Source of the DNA: Candidatus Bathyarchaeota archaeon
Lineage (GTDB): Archaea; Thermoproteota; Bathyarchaeia; Bathyarchaeales; Bathycorpusculaceae
Direction of reading: 5' to 3'
NCBI GenBank assembly: GCA_963828195.1
Contig: CAWHDT010000005.1
Coordinates: forward strand, 736,001 to 800,000
DNA length: 64,000 nt
Below the pieces are notes generated by a model. The model worked only from the letters and a program-made list of their open reading frames with translations, ran no database searches and had not been told where the DNA came from. This document shows, piece by piece, positions 48,081 through 57,899 of the stretch; within the stretch, counting starts at the first letter, position 1; every line of letters begins with the position of its first letter. A program made the translations under genes and the position numbers.

Positions 48081-48587
48081 TTATGATTGGTGTTGTTTGA
48101 TGAATTTGGAGAGGTTGATTATTTCGAGGTCGCCTTTGCATCTGGGGCAGGTTGTTTGGATTTCGGGTGCTTTTGCTCCGATTTTAATTGGCACTCCGCA
48201 ATGGCAGCAGTAGTAGGTTAGGGTTTTTCCTTTCACCGCGAGGTTTTTGGTGAGGGCGCCTGCCTCTTTTTGCATCTGGGATTCTTTGTCTTTCTTTTTG
48301 TCAGGACCCGTTTTTTTCTCGGTGGAGAAGTCTTTGCAGGTTTCTGCTTGGACAAAATACGTGTTAAACCCGGCCTTCACAGGTGTCAGGGCTTCGCTGG
48401 TTTTTTTGCATGAATCCTCGTTGAAGTAGCCGCAGTCTTCGCATGTCTTCTTATTTTGATACTCTTTCTTTATTACCCAAAAACAATCTGCACAGTAAAC
48501 TTTCTCCTGCCCATTTGCAGTCACAACTAATCCTGAACCAGAGAAGGATTTCTTGCAGCTACTACATTCAAACTTCATAGCGTTCAC
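48081..48587 (-). CDS. Multi-zinc-finger hypothetical protein
   Basis: CSSC, CADC, CEDC...C, CCHC, CPRC motifs. Confidence 0.65.
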   Translation of the reverse strand: MNAMKFECSSCKKSFSGSGLVVTANGQEKVYCADCFWVIKKEYQNKKTCEDCGYFNEDSCKKTSEALTPVKAGFNTYFVQAETCKDFSTEKKTGPDKKKDKESQMQKEAGALTKNLAVKGKTLTYYCCHCGVPIKIGAKAPEIQTTCPRCKGDLEIINLSKFIKQHQS

Positions 48588-48813
48588 GTTAAAATTACTA
48601 TTTATCTAACTTTTATTTATTGTTTGATGCTTGAAAATACCATAATGTACGCTGACGGGCAATTAATTTTTGCGGTGAGAAAAAAAACGTCGATAGTGTT
48701 AGTTTTTGACCTTGACCTAGGTCTTATCTTGATTTTACTATCGTGTTTTTTCGTTTAATGAAGGGTAAGCTCTAAGAGGGGGAGCATTATACTGCTTGGG
48801 TAGGTGGATACAT

Positions 48814-48942
48814 TTGTCTAGAAAAGCAAAGAAAGCTGAAGGACTTGAACAACATAAAAAATTGCAACGCGAAAAAGATATGAAAAGAAAAGAGAAAAAA
48901 CAGGTTTCACTTCCAGCTAAACATACGAAGGGCAAGAAATAA
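48814..48942 (+). CDS. Putative 42-aa Lys-rich microprotein
   Basis: AGGTGG RBS then TTG: MSRKAKKAEGLEQHKKLQREKDMKRKEKKQVSLPAKHTKGKK. Confidence 0.5.
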   Translation: MSRKAKKAEGLEQHKKLQREKDMKRKEKKQVSLPAKHTKGKK

Positions 48943-49113
48943 GTAGCCTTCGCTAAACAGCCATTTTCCTCGAAAATTTCATCACTATTTCTATAATAAC
49001 GCGAAAAGTTTCAAACGTTTTAATGTACACAAGGATTTATGGATGCTTCTCAGATGTTCAAAAACGCGAAATAGAACTAAGAAAAGTGCTGGGAAGGCTA
49101 TCTTTGCTTACGT

Positions 49114-49212
49114 CTAGACGTTTCCGTCGCAGTGGCAATGTTCGCGTTGTTCTGGGTCATCTGGTTCATCGAAGAAAAAGAAAAGTTTATGCCTATTTTT
49201 TCTTTTGGACAT
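49114..49212 (-). CDS. Putative 32-aa peptide ending in an HCHC motif
   Basis: MSKRKNRHKLFFFFDEPDDPEQREHCHCDGNV; AT-rich TATA-like sequence about 20-25 nt upstream. Confidence 0.35.
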   Translation of the reverse strand: MSKRKNRHKLFFFFDEPDDPEQREHCHCDGNV

Positions 49213-49388
49213 GTTCTTATCTCAACTTAAATTTAATATTGAACTGGTATAAACGTATTTTTGATTTTGCTCCCCTGTAGCTTGAGGTGTTGTTCCCAGC
49301 AGGTTTTTCGTGTCACGAGAGTTGTTGCCGACCGAGCGGAAACTAATTATTGCAGATAGGGAATTCCTCATGATGAGGAGTTTAGTGT

Positions 49389-51161
49389 ATGTTCATTAAA
49401 GATCCTGTCTGTGGGATGCCTTTAGACCCGTCTACAGCTCAGTTCATGACGAATTTTTTGTCCAGGCAATATTATTTTGATAGCGAGTACTGCATGAGCA
49501 GCTTTGTCGAAGGCGCCAAAATCGCTTATTTCTCCATGGAAATCGGCGTAAACCCTGATATGCCAACTTACAGCGGGGGCTTAGGCATTCTTGCGGGCGA
49601 CGTGATCAGGTCAAGTGCGGATTTGAGGATTCCGTTAGTTGCAGTGACTTTAATCAGCAGGAAAGGCTATCTGAGGCAGAAACTAACGCCTGACGGATGG
49701 CAGATTGAATCTCCCGAAGAGTGGGATCCTTCAAAGTTCATGAAGCTTTTACCCGAAACCACAATCGTCAAAATCGGCGGGCGCGACGTCAGAGTAGGCG
49801 TGTGGGTGTATGAGCAGGAGAGCCCAACGGGAGGAACCATCCCCGTGCTTTTCCTAACAACCGACGTTGAAGGGAACACGCAAGAGGACCGGGAAATCAC
49901 TGATTTTCTTTACGGAGGAGACGAAAAATACAGGTTGAAGCAGGAAATAGTGTTGGGTATAGGCGGGCTGCGCATTCTTGAGGCGTTGAAAATTAACGTT
50001 AAGAAATATCACATGAATGAGGGTCACAGTAGTCTTCTTACTCTTGAGCTGTTAAAGAACAATGATTTAAACGCTGACAAAGTAAGGAACCTCTGCGTTT
50101 TCACCACTCATACCCCTGTGGCGGCGGCATTTGACAAGTTTTCGTATGATATGCTTTCAGAAACTCTTGAAGCTGAAATGCCTGTGGAAATTTTGAAAAA
50201 ATATGGTGGGTCCGACAAATTGAACATGACGCTTCTGGCTCTAAATCTTAGCAAGTACACTAACGGTGTTACAGAAGCACATATGGAATTCTCAAGGAAA
50301 CTTTTTCCAGGATATCATATACAGGAAATAACTAACGGCGTTCACTCCTACAATTGGACCTGCCCATGTTTTAGAGCGCTATTTGACAGGTATATTCCTC
50401 GGTGGGCGAATGAGCCGGAGCTTCTGGTCAGAGTTGACGCTATCCCCGATGAGGAGTTATGGGAAGTCCACCAGATGGCTAAGCAAAATTTACTTGATTT
50501 TGTTCAAACCAGCACGGGGGTCAAGATGGACAGCGAAGTTTTAACTTTAGGGTTTGCTCGAAGAGCCACAGAGTACAAACGAGCCACAATGATATTTTCA
50601 GATCTTGACAAACTTAAGGAAGTTAAAAGCCAGGCTAACATTCAACTTATTTTCGCTGGAAAAGCACATCCGAAGGACACGGCGGGAAAAAACCTCATCA
50701 AAGACATCTATGAATACATTGACCGCTTGAAAGGAGAAATCGAAATCGTCTATCTTGAAAACTACAACATGGAAATGGCGGCGAAACTTACTTCTGGAGT
50801 TGATGTCTGGCTCAACACGCCCCTGCCGCCGTATGAAGCTTCAGGAACAAGCGGTATGAAAGCAGCACACAACGGCGTCGTCAACTTCAGCGTCTTAGAT
50901 GGCTGGTGGATCGAGGGTTGCGTAGAAGGCCTCACGGGCTGGGCGATAGGTCCGCCGCCTGATCAAGCCATCAGCGAGGAAGAAAGACGAAAACGAGAAC
51001 TTGGCGACCTCTACAACAAACTGGAATACCTCATAATTCCTAAGTTCTGCCAGCAGCGCGACGACTGGATCGACATGATGAGAAACTCCATTGGCAAAGT
51101 TGCATATTACTTCAATACGCATCGCATGGTGCGAAAATACGCCACAGACGCCTACCTTTAG
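49389..51161 (+). CDS. glgP: Alpha-glucan (glycogen/maltodextrin) phosphorylase with N-terminal YHS-like domain
   Basis: AYFSME, YSGGLG, HMNEGH, FTTHTP, ITNGVH, GFARR, FAGKAHP, EASGTSGMKA; N-terminal KDPVCGM...YYFDSEYC. Confidence 0.93.
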   Translation: MFIKDPVCGMPLDPSTAQFMTNFLSRQYYFDSEYCMSSFVEGAKIAYFSMEIGVNPDMPTYSGGLGILAGDVIRSSADLRIPLVAVTLISRKGYLRQKLTPDGWQIESPEEWDPSKFMKLLPETTIVKIGGRDVRVGVWVYEQESPTGGTIPVLFLTTDVEGNTQEDREITDFLYGGDEKYRLKQEIVLGIGGLRILEALKINVKKYHMNEGHSSLLTLELLKNNDLNADKVRNLCVFTTHTPVAAAFDKFSYDMLSETLEAEMPVEILKKYGGSDKLNMTLLALNLSKYTNGVTEAHMEFSRKLFPGYHIQEITNGVHSYNWTCPCFRALFDRYIPRWANEPELLVRVDAIPDEELWEVHQMAKQNLLDFVQTSTGVKMDSEVLTLGFARRATEYKRATMIFSDLDKLKEVKSQANIQLIFAGKAHPKDTAGKNLIKDIYEYIDRLKGEIEIVYLENYNMEMAAKLTSGVDVWLNTPLPPYEASGTSGMKAAHNGVVNFSVLDGWWIEGCVEGLTGWAIGPPPDQAISEEERRKRELGDLYNKLEYLIIPKFCQQRDDWIDMMRNSIGKVAYYFNTHRMVRKYATDAYL

Positions 51162-51206
51162 ACGCTGTCAAAGCTTTTTCCGACCAGTGGAGCAGAAAGC
51201 TTGAAC

Positions 51207-51923
51207 TTAATAATACTGTTTCAACGGGTTTAGTGGGTCTGTCGCCAACTTTACGGAAGAGGGAACTAACATGTTGCGCCAGTCTTTTTCTAATTTGCAT
51301 TCTTCAGCCCCATCAACATTGACGTGTTGAATATTGAGAGCATATTCCATCGCTTGGTCCTGTGGGTTTTCAAGCTGAAGCATCTGCTCAAGGCTTAAAT
51401 TTTCGAAAGCGCGTCTAATTGGGCGCATCGAGTTGCCATGGCAGGAGATAGCCACGTTGCAGGCATCCTGTTGGAACCATTTTTTCAGCTGGTCGATAAA
51501 GGGCAAAGTGCGGCTTTCAACCATCTTGAGGCTTTCCCCTTCAGGAGGCGCAAAATCGTAGCCGCGGTGAATTTTTGCGAACCACTCAGGTTTTTCAGCT
51601 TTAAGCTCAAGTTTGCTTTTGCCCTGCAACGTGCCGTAGCACCGTTCAATCAGGCGGTCATCCACAAAAACTGGAACGTTGACGTGCGGCTTTAGGACAA
51701 TTTCAAGGGTTCGCTTCGCCCTCAAAAGATGCGACGTAAATGCATAATCAATTTTTTGGTTTTCCAGCTGTTTAGCAACCTGCTGCGCCTGCAAAACGCC
51801 TTTCGGAGTTAAATCTGGGTCACGCCAGCCTGAGAATATGCCGTTGCTGTTGTCGGTGGTTTCAGCATGTCTAAAAACGAACAAATTACATTTCATAAAC
51901 TTCGTCACCATGTAGTTGCGCAT
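51207..51923 (-). CDS. Histidine phosphatase, dPGM (GpmA)-like
   Basis: RHAET, FSGW.DPDLT.KG, FTSHL.RA, LIERCYG.LQG, PPEGESL, CHGNSMR. Confidence 0.85.
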   Translation of the reverse strand: MRNYMVTKFMKCNLFVFRHAETTDNSNGIFSGWRDPDLTPKGVLQAQQVAKQLENQKIDYAFTSHLLRAKRTLEIVLKPHVNVPVFVDDRLIERCYGTLQGKSKLELKAEKPEWFAKIHRGYDFAPPEGESLKMVESRTLPFIDQLKKWFQQDACNVAISCHGNSMRPIRRAFENLSLEQMLQLENPQDQAMEYALNIQHVNVDGAEECKLEKDWRNMLVPSSVKLATDPLNPLKQYY

Positions 51924-53297
51924 TTATGAGGACGCAAAATTTCTTAATTCTTTTATATTGTGTATTTCTATCGAGTTGCTCGCATGCTTAATTGTAGTTC
52001 TCATAGCTGCAGTGAACAAAACGGTTTCTTCATCCTCCACAAGATACATTTTGTGAAGTTGATTTGCAACTGCGGATATTTTGTCTTTCTCTTCCGTGTA
52101 GTTTATATAGACTGGATACACGCCGAATATTAGTTCCAGTTGTTTTTTAACTTTGATTTCAGGAGTGACGGCGATTATGGGTTGGGTAATCTTGAAGCGA
52201 GCTATCATCCGCGCCGTGTAGCCTGACCGCGTTAAAGGTATAACTTTGTAAATCGGCATACATTGGGTAATATCGCGGATTGCCCTGCTTACCGTGTCAG
52301 AAATGTTGATGTAAGGCGTTTCTTCAACGTTGCTTTTAACGGCTTTTTCATTTTCATTTGCTATGCGAGTCATCATTTCAACGGCTTCGACTGGATATTG
52401 ACCAACCGCGGTTTCTCCTGAAAGCATTATGGCGTCGGACCCGTCAAGTATAGCGTTCGCCACATCACTAACTTCAGCGCGGGTTGGATTTGGCTGATTA
52501 ATCATCGATTCCAGCATCTCAGTAGCGGTGACAACAAGCTTGCCCTTCTGATTACACAGTTTGATGAGAGCTTTCTGAACCAAAGGCACTTTTTCAGGTT
52601 CAATTTCAACGCCCAAATCACCTCTCGCAACCATTAACCCACTGGCCGCGTCTAAAATCTCTTTGACGTTTTGAACGCCCTCAAAATTCTCGATCTTAGC
52701 GATTATTCCGCCTTCAAACCCGTTGGCCTGGGACAGGTTTTTCACGTCCTCCGCGTTCCGTGTGAAGGAAAGTGCAACGTATTCGACGTCAAGTTTTTTT
52801 GCGAAACTTATAATCTCCAAGTCTTTTTCGGGAAAAGTTGGAACTGAAAGATGCTTATTGGGAATGTTAACTCCTTTGCCGTCTTCTATGACGCCGCCCT
52901 CCAAGGTCAAAAGCCGAAGTCTTCGCTCTTTCCTTTCAACCACTTGTGTCCTGATTTTACCATTATCGATGTATATCTCATCTTTAACCGATACTTCATC
53001 AAAAAAATCATGATTGAAACAGACTTCTTCCCCATCGAAGCCTACTTCAAAAACGTCTCCTTTGCTGACGACTTTTCGTTGAGATGCTCTAATTCTAATT
53101 TCTGGCCCTTTGATGTCAATTATTATGGGGATATCAGCAATTTCCCTCACACTTTCTATAATCGACTCGTATTGAGCGAGATTTCCATAAGCAGTATTTA
53201 TTCTTACCCCGTTCATTCCAGCTTGGAACATTTTTTGAATCGTTTCCTTTGAAGAGCTGGCTGGACCGACGGTGCAGATGATCTTTGTTTTCTTCAC
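51924..53297 (-). CDS. pyk: Pyruvate kinase
   Basis: KTKIICTVGPAS, DIKGPEIR, IIAKIEN, MVARGDLGVE, PTRAEVSDVANA, MLSGETA. Confidence 0.97.
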   Translation of the reverse strand: MKKTKIICTVGPASSSKETIQKMFQAGMNGVRINTAYGNLAQYESIIESVREIADIPIIIDIKGPEIRIRASQRKVVSKGDVFEVGFDGEEVCFNHDFFDEVSVKDEIYIDNGKIRTQVVERKERRLRLLTLEGGVIEDGKGVNIPNKHLSVPTFPEKDLEIISFAKKLDVEYVALSFTRNAEDVKNLSQANGFEGGIIAKIENFEGVQNVKEILDAASGLMVARGDLGVEIEPEKVPLVQKALIKLCNQKGKLVVTATEMLESMINQPNPTRAEVSDVANAILDGSDAIMLSGETAVGQYPVEAVEMMTRIANENEKAVKSNVEETPYINISDTVSRAIRDITQCMPIYKVIPLTRSGYTARMIARFKITQPIIAVTPEIKVKKQLELIFGVYPVYINYTEEKDKISAVANQLHKMYLVEDEETVLFTAAMRTTIKHASNSIEIHNIKELRNFASS

Positions 53298-53467
53298 TTA
53301 AACCTCTTCCTGCGCAAGCTAAAATGTGGGGACTCAAAGTTAAGGTTAACGGACTGACTAAGCCTGTTACTCGGTCGCTATGAAAACTCCGCGGTGTATT
53401 CACAATAAAACCTATATGGCACAAGCAACAAACAATAATTGTTCATTGTTTTAGGTGGTGTCCACTT

Positions 53468-53836
53468 TTGTCCAAAATAGCTGTAAGCAAAACTCAAATT
53501 GTTGAAAAAAAGAAAAACCTACTTAACAGCGTGTCCTTTGATAGCGGCTTCCATTTCTTCATAGATCTTGGAAGATACACGGGAATAACCGCGAATGGCA
53601 CCGTTGAGTTCGCCGAAAAAATCCAGATAATACCTGTTCAATCCGTCAATTTCCACTTCCGTCGGCAAGATTTCCAAAAATGGTTCCGAAACACTATCGG
53701 CGACGAAGAACTAGCCAAAAGAATCGACCTGATTAAAGCAGATTCGCAGGATGAACAATTGAGAAATGAGCTTTCTAAAACGGTTCAACTGCGCGTCGCT
53801 GAGTTGGCGAGAGATCAAATGCAGACTACTTACTGA
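53468..53836 (+). CDS. DUF5752-like protein
   Basis: GFHFF...G.TA...EF, SVNFHF.R.DFQKW...IGDEELA. Confidence 0.7.
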   Translation: MSKIAVSKTQIVEKKKNLLNSVSFDSGFHFFIDLGRYTGITANGTVEFAEKIQIIPVQSVNFHFRRQDFQKWFRNTIGDEELAKRIDLIKADSQDEQLRNELSKTVQLRVAELARDQMQTTY

Positions 53837-54082
53837 ATAGCCGCAGGCGTGAGCGAAGAATCCAATGGACCCATTAAAAAAAGGCAGTAATTGACTACTT
53901 TATCAATCCACGTGGGCTTTTCTTTAGAGACCTCGAGTTCCAGCCGAGCCCTCTTTCCTTTTTACCTTTCCATCTATTGCTAAAATGCAGGTGTGAACAT
54001 TACTTTGTTTTCAAAAGCCATTATGAAACGTTTTTCAAAGAGCTAACAAAAAAGAGGAAGGAAATGCTTTGTTTTTAAGGTT

Positions 54083-55204
54083 TTAAGTTGCTGCTAAGCC
54101 TGCTGCTGAGCCTGGAACCGAACTGACTGTGGTAACCTGCCATAAGCTTCCATCGCTGTATACTTTGAACCCTGTAATGCTGCCGCCGTTGAGTGCGTAT
54201 AGGTACTGGCTGTTTTTGCTGAATGCCAAGTCAAGTGTGGGTATGTTAAGTTTTGCTTCTAAGGAGCTTGTCAGGGTTAATGTGGCGGGTCCTGTGATTG
54301 AGAATGTCGATATGGTTCCTTCGTGTGCGTCAGAAGTGTAGACAAAGCCATTATTACTGATGGCTACCCAGCAGGGTGCTGCACCATAAGTAGGCATAGA
54401 ACCGCTGACAGTTCTCAGGTTCCCCTGGTCAGATAGAACATATGAAGTAAGCGTGCCGTCATACATGCCCAGACCGGCAGTACCAGTGCTACCTGCAGCT
54501 TCGCTAACGACTATAGTGTCGTAACCTGTGAAAGCAAATCCATAGGGTCCATCGCCAACGGAAGGATGAGTTGTCGGTGCACTGGCTACGCCCATTGAGT
54601 TTACTATGTATGTGTCGATGATGTTTGTGCCTTTTTCTGTAACAACCAGAACGTTTCCGTCGGGGTTGAATCCTATCTGCTCCGCTGAAGTACCAGATGC
54701 TGCACTCAGAGGTTGACTTGACCCAGCTAGGTAGCTTAATGTACCAGAATTGCTAAGCCAAAATCCAGCTATGTTTCCAGTTCCGCCAGCGTTCAGCACG
54801 TAAACCCAGTTGTTGCTGACAGTTAAGCTAACCGGCATAGATCCATGGGAACTCGTCTGACTCAAATAAGTTAACCAACCGTTAGACGCTACGCTGAAAA
54901 CTGAAATACTGTTGCTTCCCGCATTAACAACTAGTAAAAAGTCGCCATCGCTTGTTAAGGCTATTGATCCTTGGCTTGCAAGTGCTGCTCCTGTTCCCAT
55001 GCCATTTGTTGAGAAAGAGCTGACGTATGCTAATGATCCGTCAAAAGCTCGGCTATAGAACAGAACATGATTTCCTGCTGAAGCGTTATCCATCGTATAT
55101 ACGGCGCCGGCGTTTCCAAATCCTGCATTTACAAAGCTTGCCGCCACAATCATTGCTGAAACTGCAACTATAATGCTTAAAATTGCTAGAATTTTTCTTT
55201 TCAT
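54083..55204 (-). CDS. Secreted lactonase-family 7-bladed beta-propeller protein
   Basis: Signal peptide, VYTMDNA, VNAGSNSISVF, PVSLT, APCWVA. Confidence 0.8.
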   Translation of the reverse strand: MKRKILAILSIIVAVSAMIVAASFVNAGFGNAGAVYTMDNASAGNHVLFYSRAFDGSLAYVSSFSTNGMGTGAALASQGSIALTSDGDFLLVVNAGSNSISVFSVASNGWLTYLSQTSSHGSMPVSLTVSNNWVYVLNAGGTGNIAGFWLSNSGTLSYLAGSSQPLSAASGTSAEQIGFNPDGNVLVVTEKGTNIIDTYIVNSMGVASAPTTHPSVGDGPYGFAFTGYDTIVVSEAAGSTGTAGLGMYDGTLTSYVLSDQGNLRTVSGSMPTYGAAPCWVAISNNGFVYTSDAHEGTISTFSITGPATLTLTSSLEAKLNIPTLDLAFSKNSQYLYALNGGSITGFKVYSDGSLWQVTTVSSVPGSAAGLAAT

Positions 55205-55389
55205 TAAAACACCACTCAACTCGATTAAACTTGAAACACTTAAGGAAATGTGGTAACTGCGAAACAGCAACAGATTCCCAGAAAAACCCCTCGGCTAAAA
55301 AGTTTTGTGGCGCTTGGTTAGACAGATTGATTAAGGGCTTCGAGAATTAGAAACCAAGCGCCAATTCGAAACAAAAAGGTAGGGTTGAT

Positions 55390-56922
55390 TTGGTTCCCAG
55401 CATTGAGTTCCTTGTAGCGGCGTTCCTGCTTGTAGCTTTCTTAGCGGCTCTGCTGTCAACAAGGCTCAAAATACCGTACACTTTAGTTTTGGTTTTAACA
55501 GGCGTTATTATCACCGTGGTCGCGTCTTCTTTTACTCTGCAAGGCGGGTCTTTCGAGAGCCTGATTTCCCAATTAAGATCACTCAGCGCCCAACTTCTCC
55601 AAGGCGGCGGAGGCGGACTTTTCGTAGGCGTCGTTGTCCCCCCTTTGATTTTTGAGGCGATGATTCACCTTCGCGCCAGCGATCTGCGGGCTGTAATTAA
55701 GCCGTCGTTGGCGCTTGCAACGGTAGGTGTATTGATAGCCACTGGGGTCGGCGGACTTATCCTATGGAGGATTGTCGGTCTTTCACCGACTGTTTCTTTT
55801 CTTTTTGCCGCATTAATAGCCCCCACCGACACAGTTACGGTTTTGGAGATTTTCCGACGGGTCAAAGTTCCATCCCAATTAAGTACGCTGCTTGACACTG
55901 AAGCAGCCTTCAACGATGCGACAGGCATTGTCCTGTTCACCATAATACTTTCAACTGTCACTCTTCAAAAAGTAGCGATCTCCCAGACAGTACTCAACTT
56001 CAGCTTCACCCTTGGCGCAGGCGTCTTAATCGGGTTAGCTGTCGCATTTTTGGGTGAAGTGCTAACGAGCTTGATAGCGGACAGAGTGGCTGAAACCATC
56101 TTAGCGGTTGCAGTGGTGTACGGGTCATACGCGTTAGCAACAGGAATAGGAGCGTCAGGGCTGATAGCTGTCGCCGTTGCAGGCTTGTACTTTGGCAACT
56201 TCACGATGCGCTCCGCCATGGAACCTGCCTCAAAAGAAGCAGTGACGACATTTTGGCAGATCGCGGCTTTCCTGGGAAACTCGGTAGCGTTTCTTATCAT
56301 CGGTTTAGATACAAACATCATCACTCTGTCGCAATCAATTCTGCTCATTGTAACTGCATATGCTGCTGTAACCATAGCCAGAGCCGCCACAGTATACCCA
56401 ATCCTCGCAGTTTTCAACAAAATCGGAGACAAAATATCCGTTGTTTGGCGCAACATCGCTATGCTCGGCGGAGTCCGAGGAGCTTTATCCATTGCGCTCG
56501 TCGCCACAATAACCGCTTCAGCAGTAGTTTCCAAAGCGGATATAAACACTATAAACACGATGGTGCTTGGAGTTGCCTTCATATCAATCATGTTCCAAGT
56601 GCCTTTGCTTTTCCGCTATGTAAAGAAAAAAATACCTCAAACCGTCGGCACACCAGAAACAGAAATTGACGAACAATTCGAATTGATTGCCGCACATATG
56701 GAGGAAATAAGAAAACTGAAATCAGAAGGCAAAATATCAAACGAGGAATTCACAAAAAAAATCGAAGAAAACAAAAAGAAACTAGACGAGCTGATCGCAA
56801 CCTCCCCCATCACGGTGGAAACAAGAAAAATTATCCGCGCAAGAGCTTCTGCATTATATAATTCTTTCCCAAAAAGACCAAAACGCAAAACAGAAGAAAA
56901 AGACAAAAACAAAGAGACATAA
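55390..56922 (+). CDS. CPA1 Na+/H+ antiporter (NhaP/NhaG-like)
   Basis: PPLIFEA, IAPTD, EAAFNDATG, ASGLIAV, GGVRGALSIAL. Confidence 0.92.
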   Translation: MVPSIEFLVAAFLLVAFLAALLSTRLKIPYTLVLVLTGVIITVVASSFTLQGGSFESLISQLRSLSAQLLQGGGGGLFVGVVVPPLIFEAMIHLRASDLRAVIKPSLALATVGVLIATGVGGLILWRIVGLSPTVSFLFAALIAPTDTVTVLEIFRRVKVPSQLSTLLDTEAAFNDATGIVLFTIILSTVTLQKVAISQTVLNFSFTLGAGVLIGLAVAFLGEVLTSLIADRVAETILAVAVVYGSYALATGIGASGLIAVAVAGLYFGNFTMRSAMEPASKEAVTTFWQIAAFLGNSVAFLIIGLDTNIITLSQSILLIVTAYAAVTIARAATVYPILAVFNKIGDKISVVWRNIAMLGGVRGALSIALVATITASAVVSKADINTINTMVLGVAFISIMFQVPLLFRYVKKKIPQTVGTPETEIDEQFELIAAHMEEIRKLKSEGKISNEEFTKKIEENKKKLDELIATSPITVETRKIIRARASALYNSFPKRPKRKTEEKDKNKET

Positions 56923-56970
56923 ACCAAAAACTTTTAACGCCTATTTATTCAGTGTTTAAGTAGTGATTTT

Positions 56971-57840
56971 ATGTCTTCTTTTGAGTCAATAGATGTTAAC
57001 GGCGTTAAGCTGGGTTTTGTCGAGAAAGGAACTGGGGCGCCAGTGATTCTTATTCATGGAATTCCGACAGATTACAGAGCGTGGGCGAATCAAATGGATG
57101 TTCTGTCGAAAAGTTTCAGGACATTAAGTTACAGCAGACGATGTGCCTACCCTAACCAAAATAAAGATTGCACAAGCAGCACAATCGAAAACAACGCCGA
57201 AGACCTTGGCAAATTCATTGCTCTAAAGGAAGCTGAACCTGCACATTTGATCGGGCACTCATATGGCGCATTCGTCGCGCTCTACTACGCATATAAGCAT
57301 CCTGACACTGTTCGCAGTCTGATCCTAGTTGAACCTTACGTGCCCACTCTGATTGTTAAAGACCCACAAAACCGCGGTGAAATATTGGAACTGCTGCTAA
57401 GAAAACCCTCTGTTGCACTTGCAGCACAAAACTTCTTAAATAAATCACTCAATCCAGCACTAAAATATCTCGATCAGGGAAACCAAGAAAAAGCAGTTGA
57501 AGCATTTCTAGACGGCGTTCAAGGGAGACCAAACTCGATAAGCCAACTTACCGACCCAATTAAATCGATGATGCTAAATAATGCAGAAACGATTAAGGAA
57601 TTGACTTTGAAGCCGCCTCCATTTACGAAAAAAGAAGCAAACGCAATCGCCATGCCAACGCTACTGATCAGCGGAGAGAACACTGTGAAAGCTCTGTCGG
57701 CAATTGCAGAGGAAGTTTCAAAAAACATTCCCAAAATTCAAGTGGCGAAAATTCCGAGTTCGGCGCATTTTCCGCATTTTGAAAACCCAGACGCTACAAA
57801 TGCTGCAATAATAAAATTTCTCTCTATGAAGACAACATAA
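56971..57840 (+). CDS. Alpha/beta hydrolase
   Basis: LIHG, GHSYG, PTLLISGE, AHFPH.ENP. Confidence 0.9.
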   Translation: MSSFESIDVNGVKLGFVEKGTGAPVILIHGIPTDYRAWANQMDVLSKSFRTLSYSRRCAYPNQNKDCTSSTIENNAEDLGKFIALKEAEPAHLIGHSYGAFVALYYAYKHPDTVRSLILVEPYVPTLIVKDPQNRGEILELLLRKPSVALAAQNFLNKSLNPALKYLDQGNQEKAVEAFLDGVQGRPNSISQLTDPIKSMMLNNAETIKELTLKPPPFTKKEANAIAMPTLLISGENTVKALSAIAEEVSKNIPKIQVAKIPSSAHFPHFENPDATNAAIIKFLSMKTT

Positions 57841-57899
57841 AAACAAAGCGGCGCACTGCGCGGATAAGTTAGCGCAATTTGTCGCTAGTTTTTCCTATC

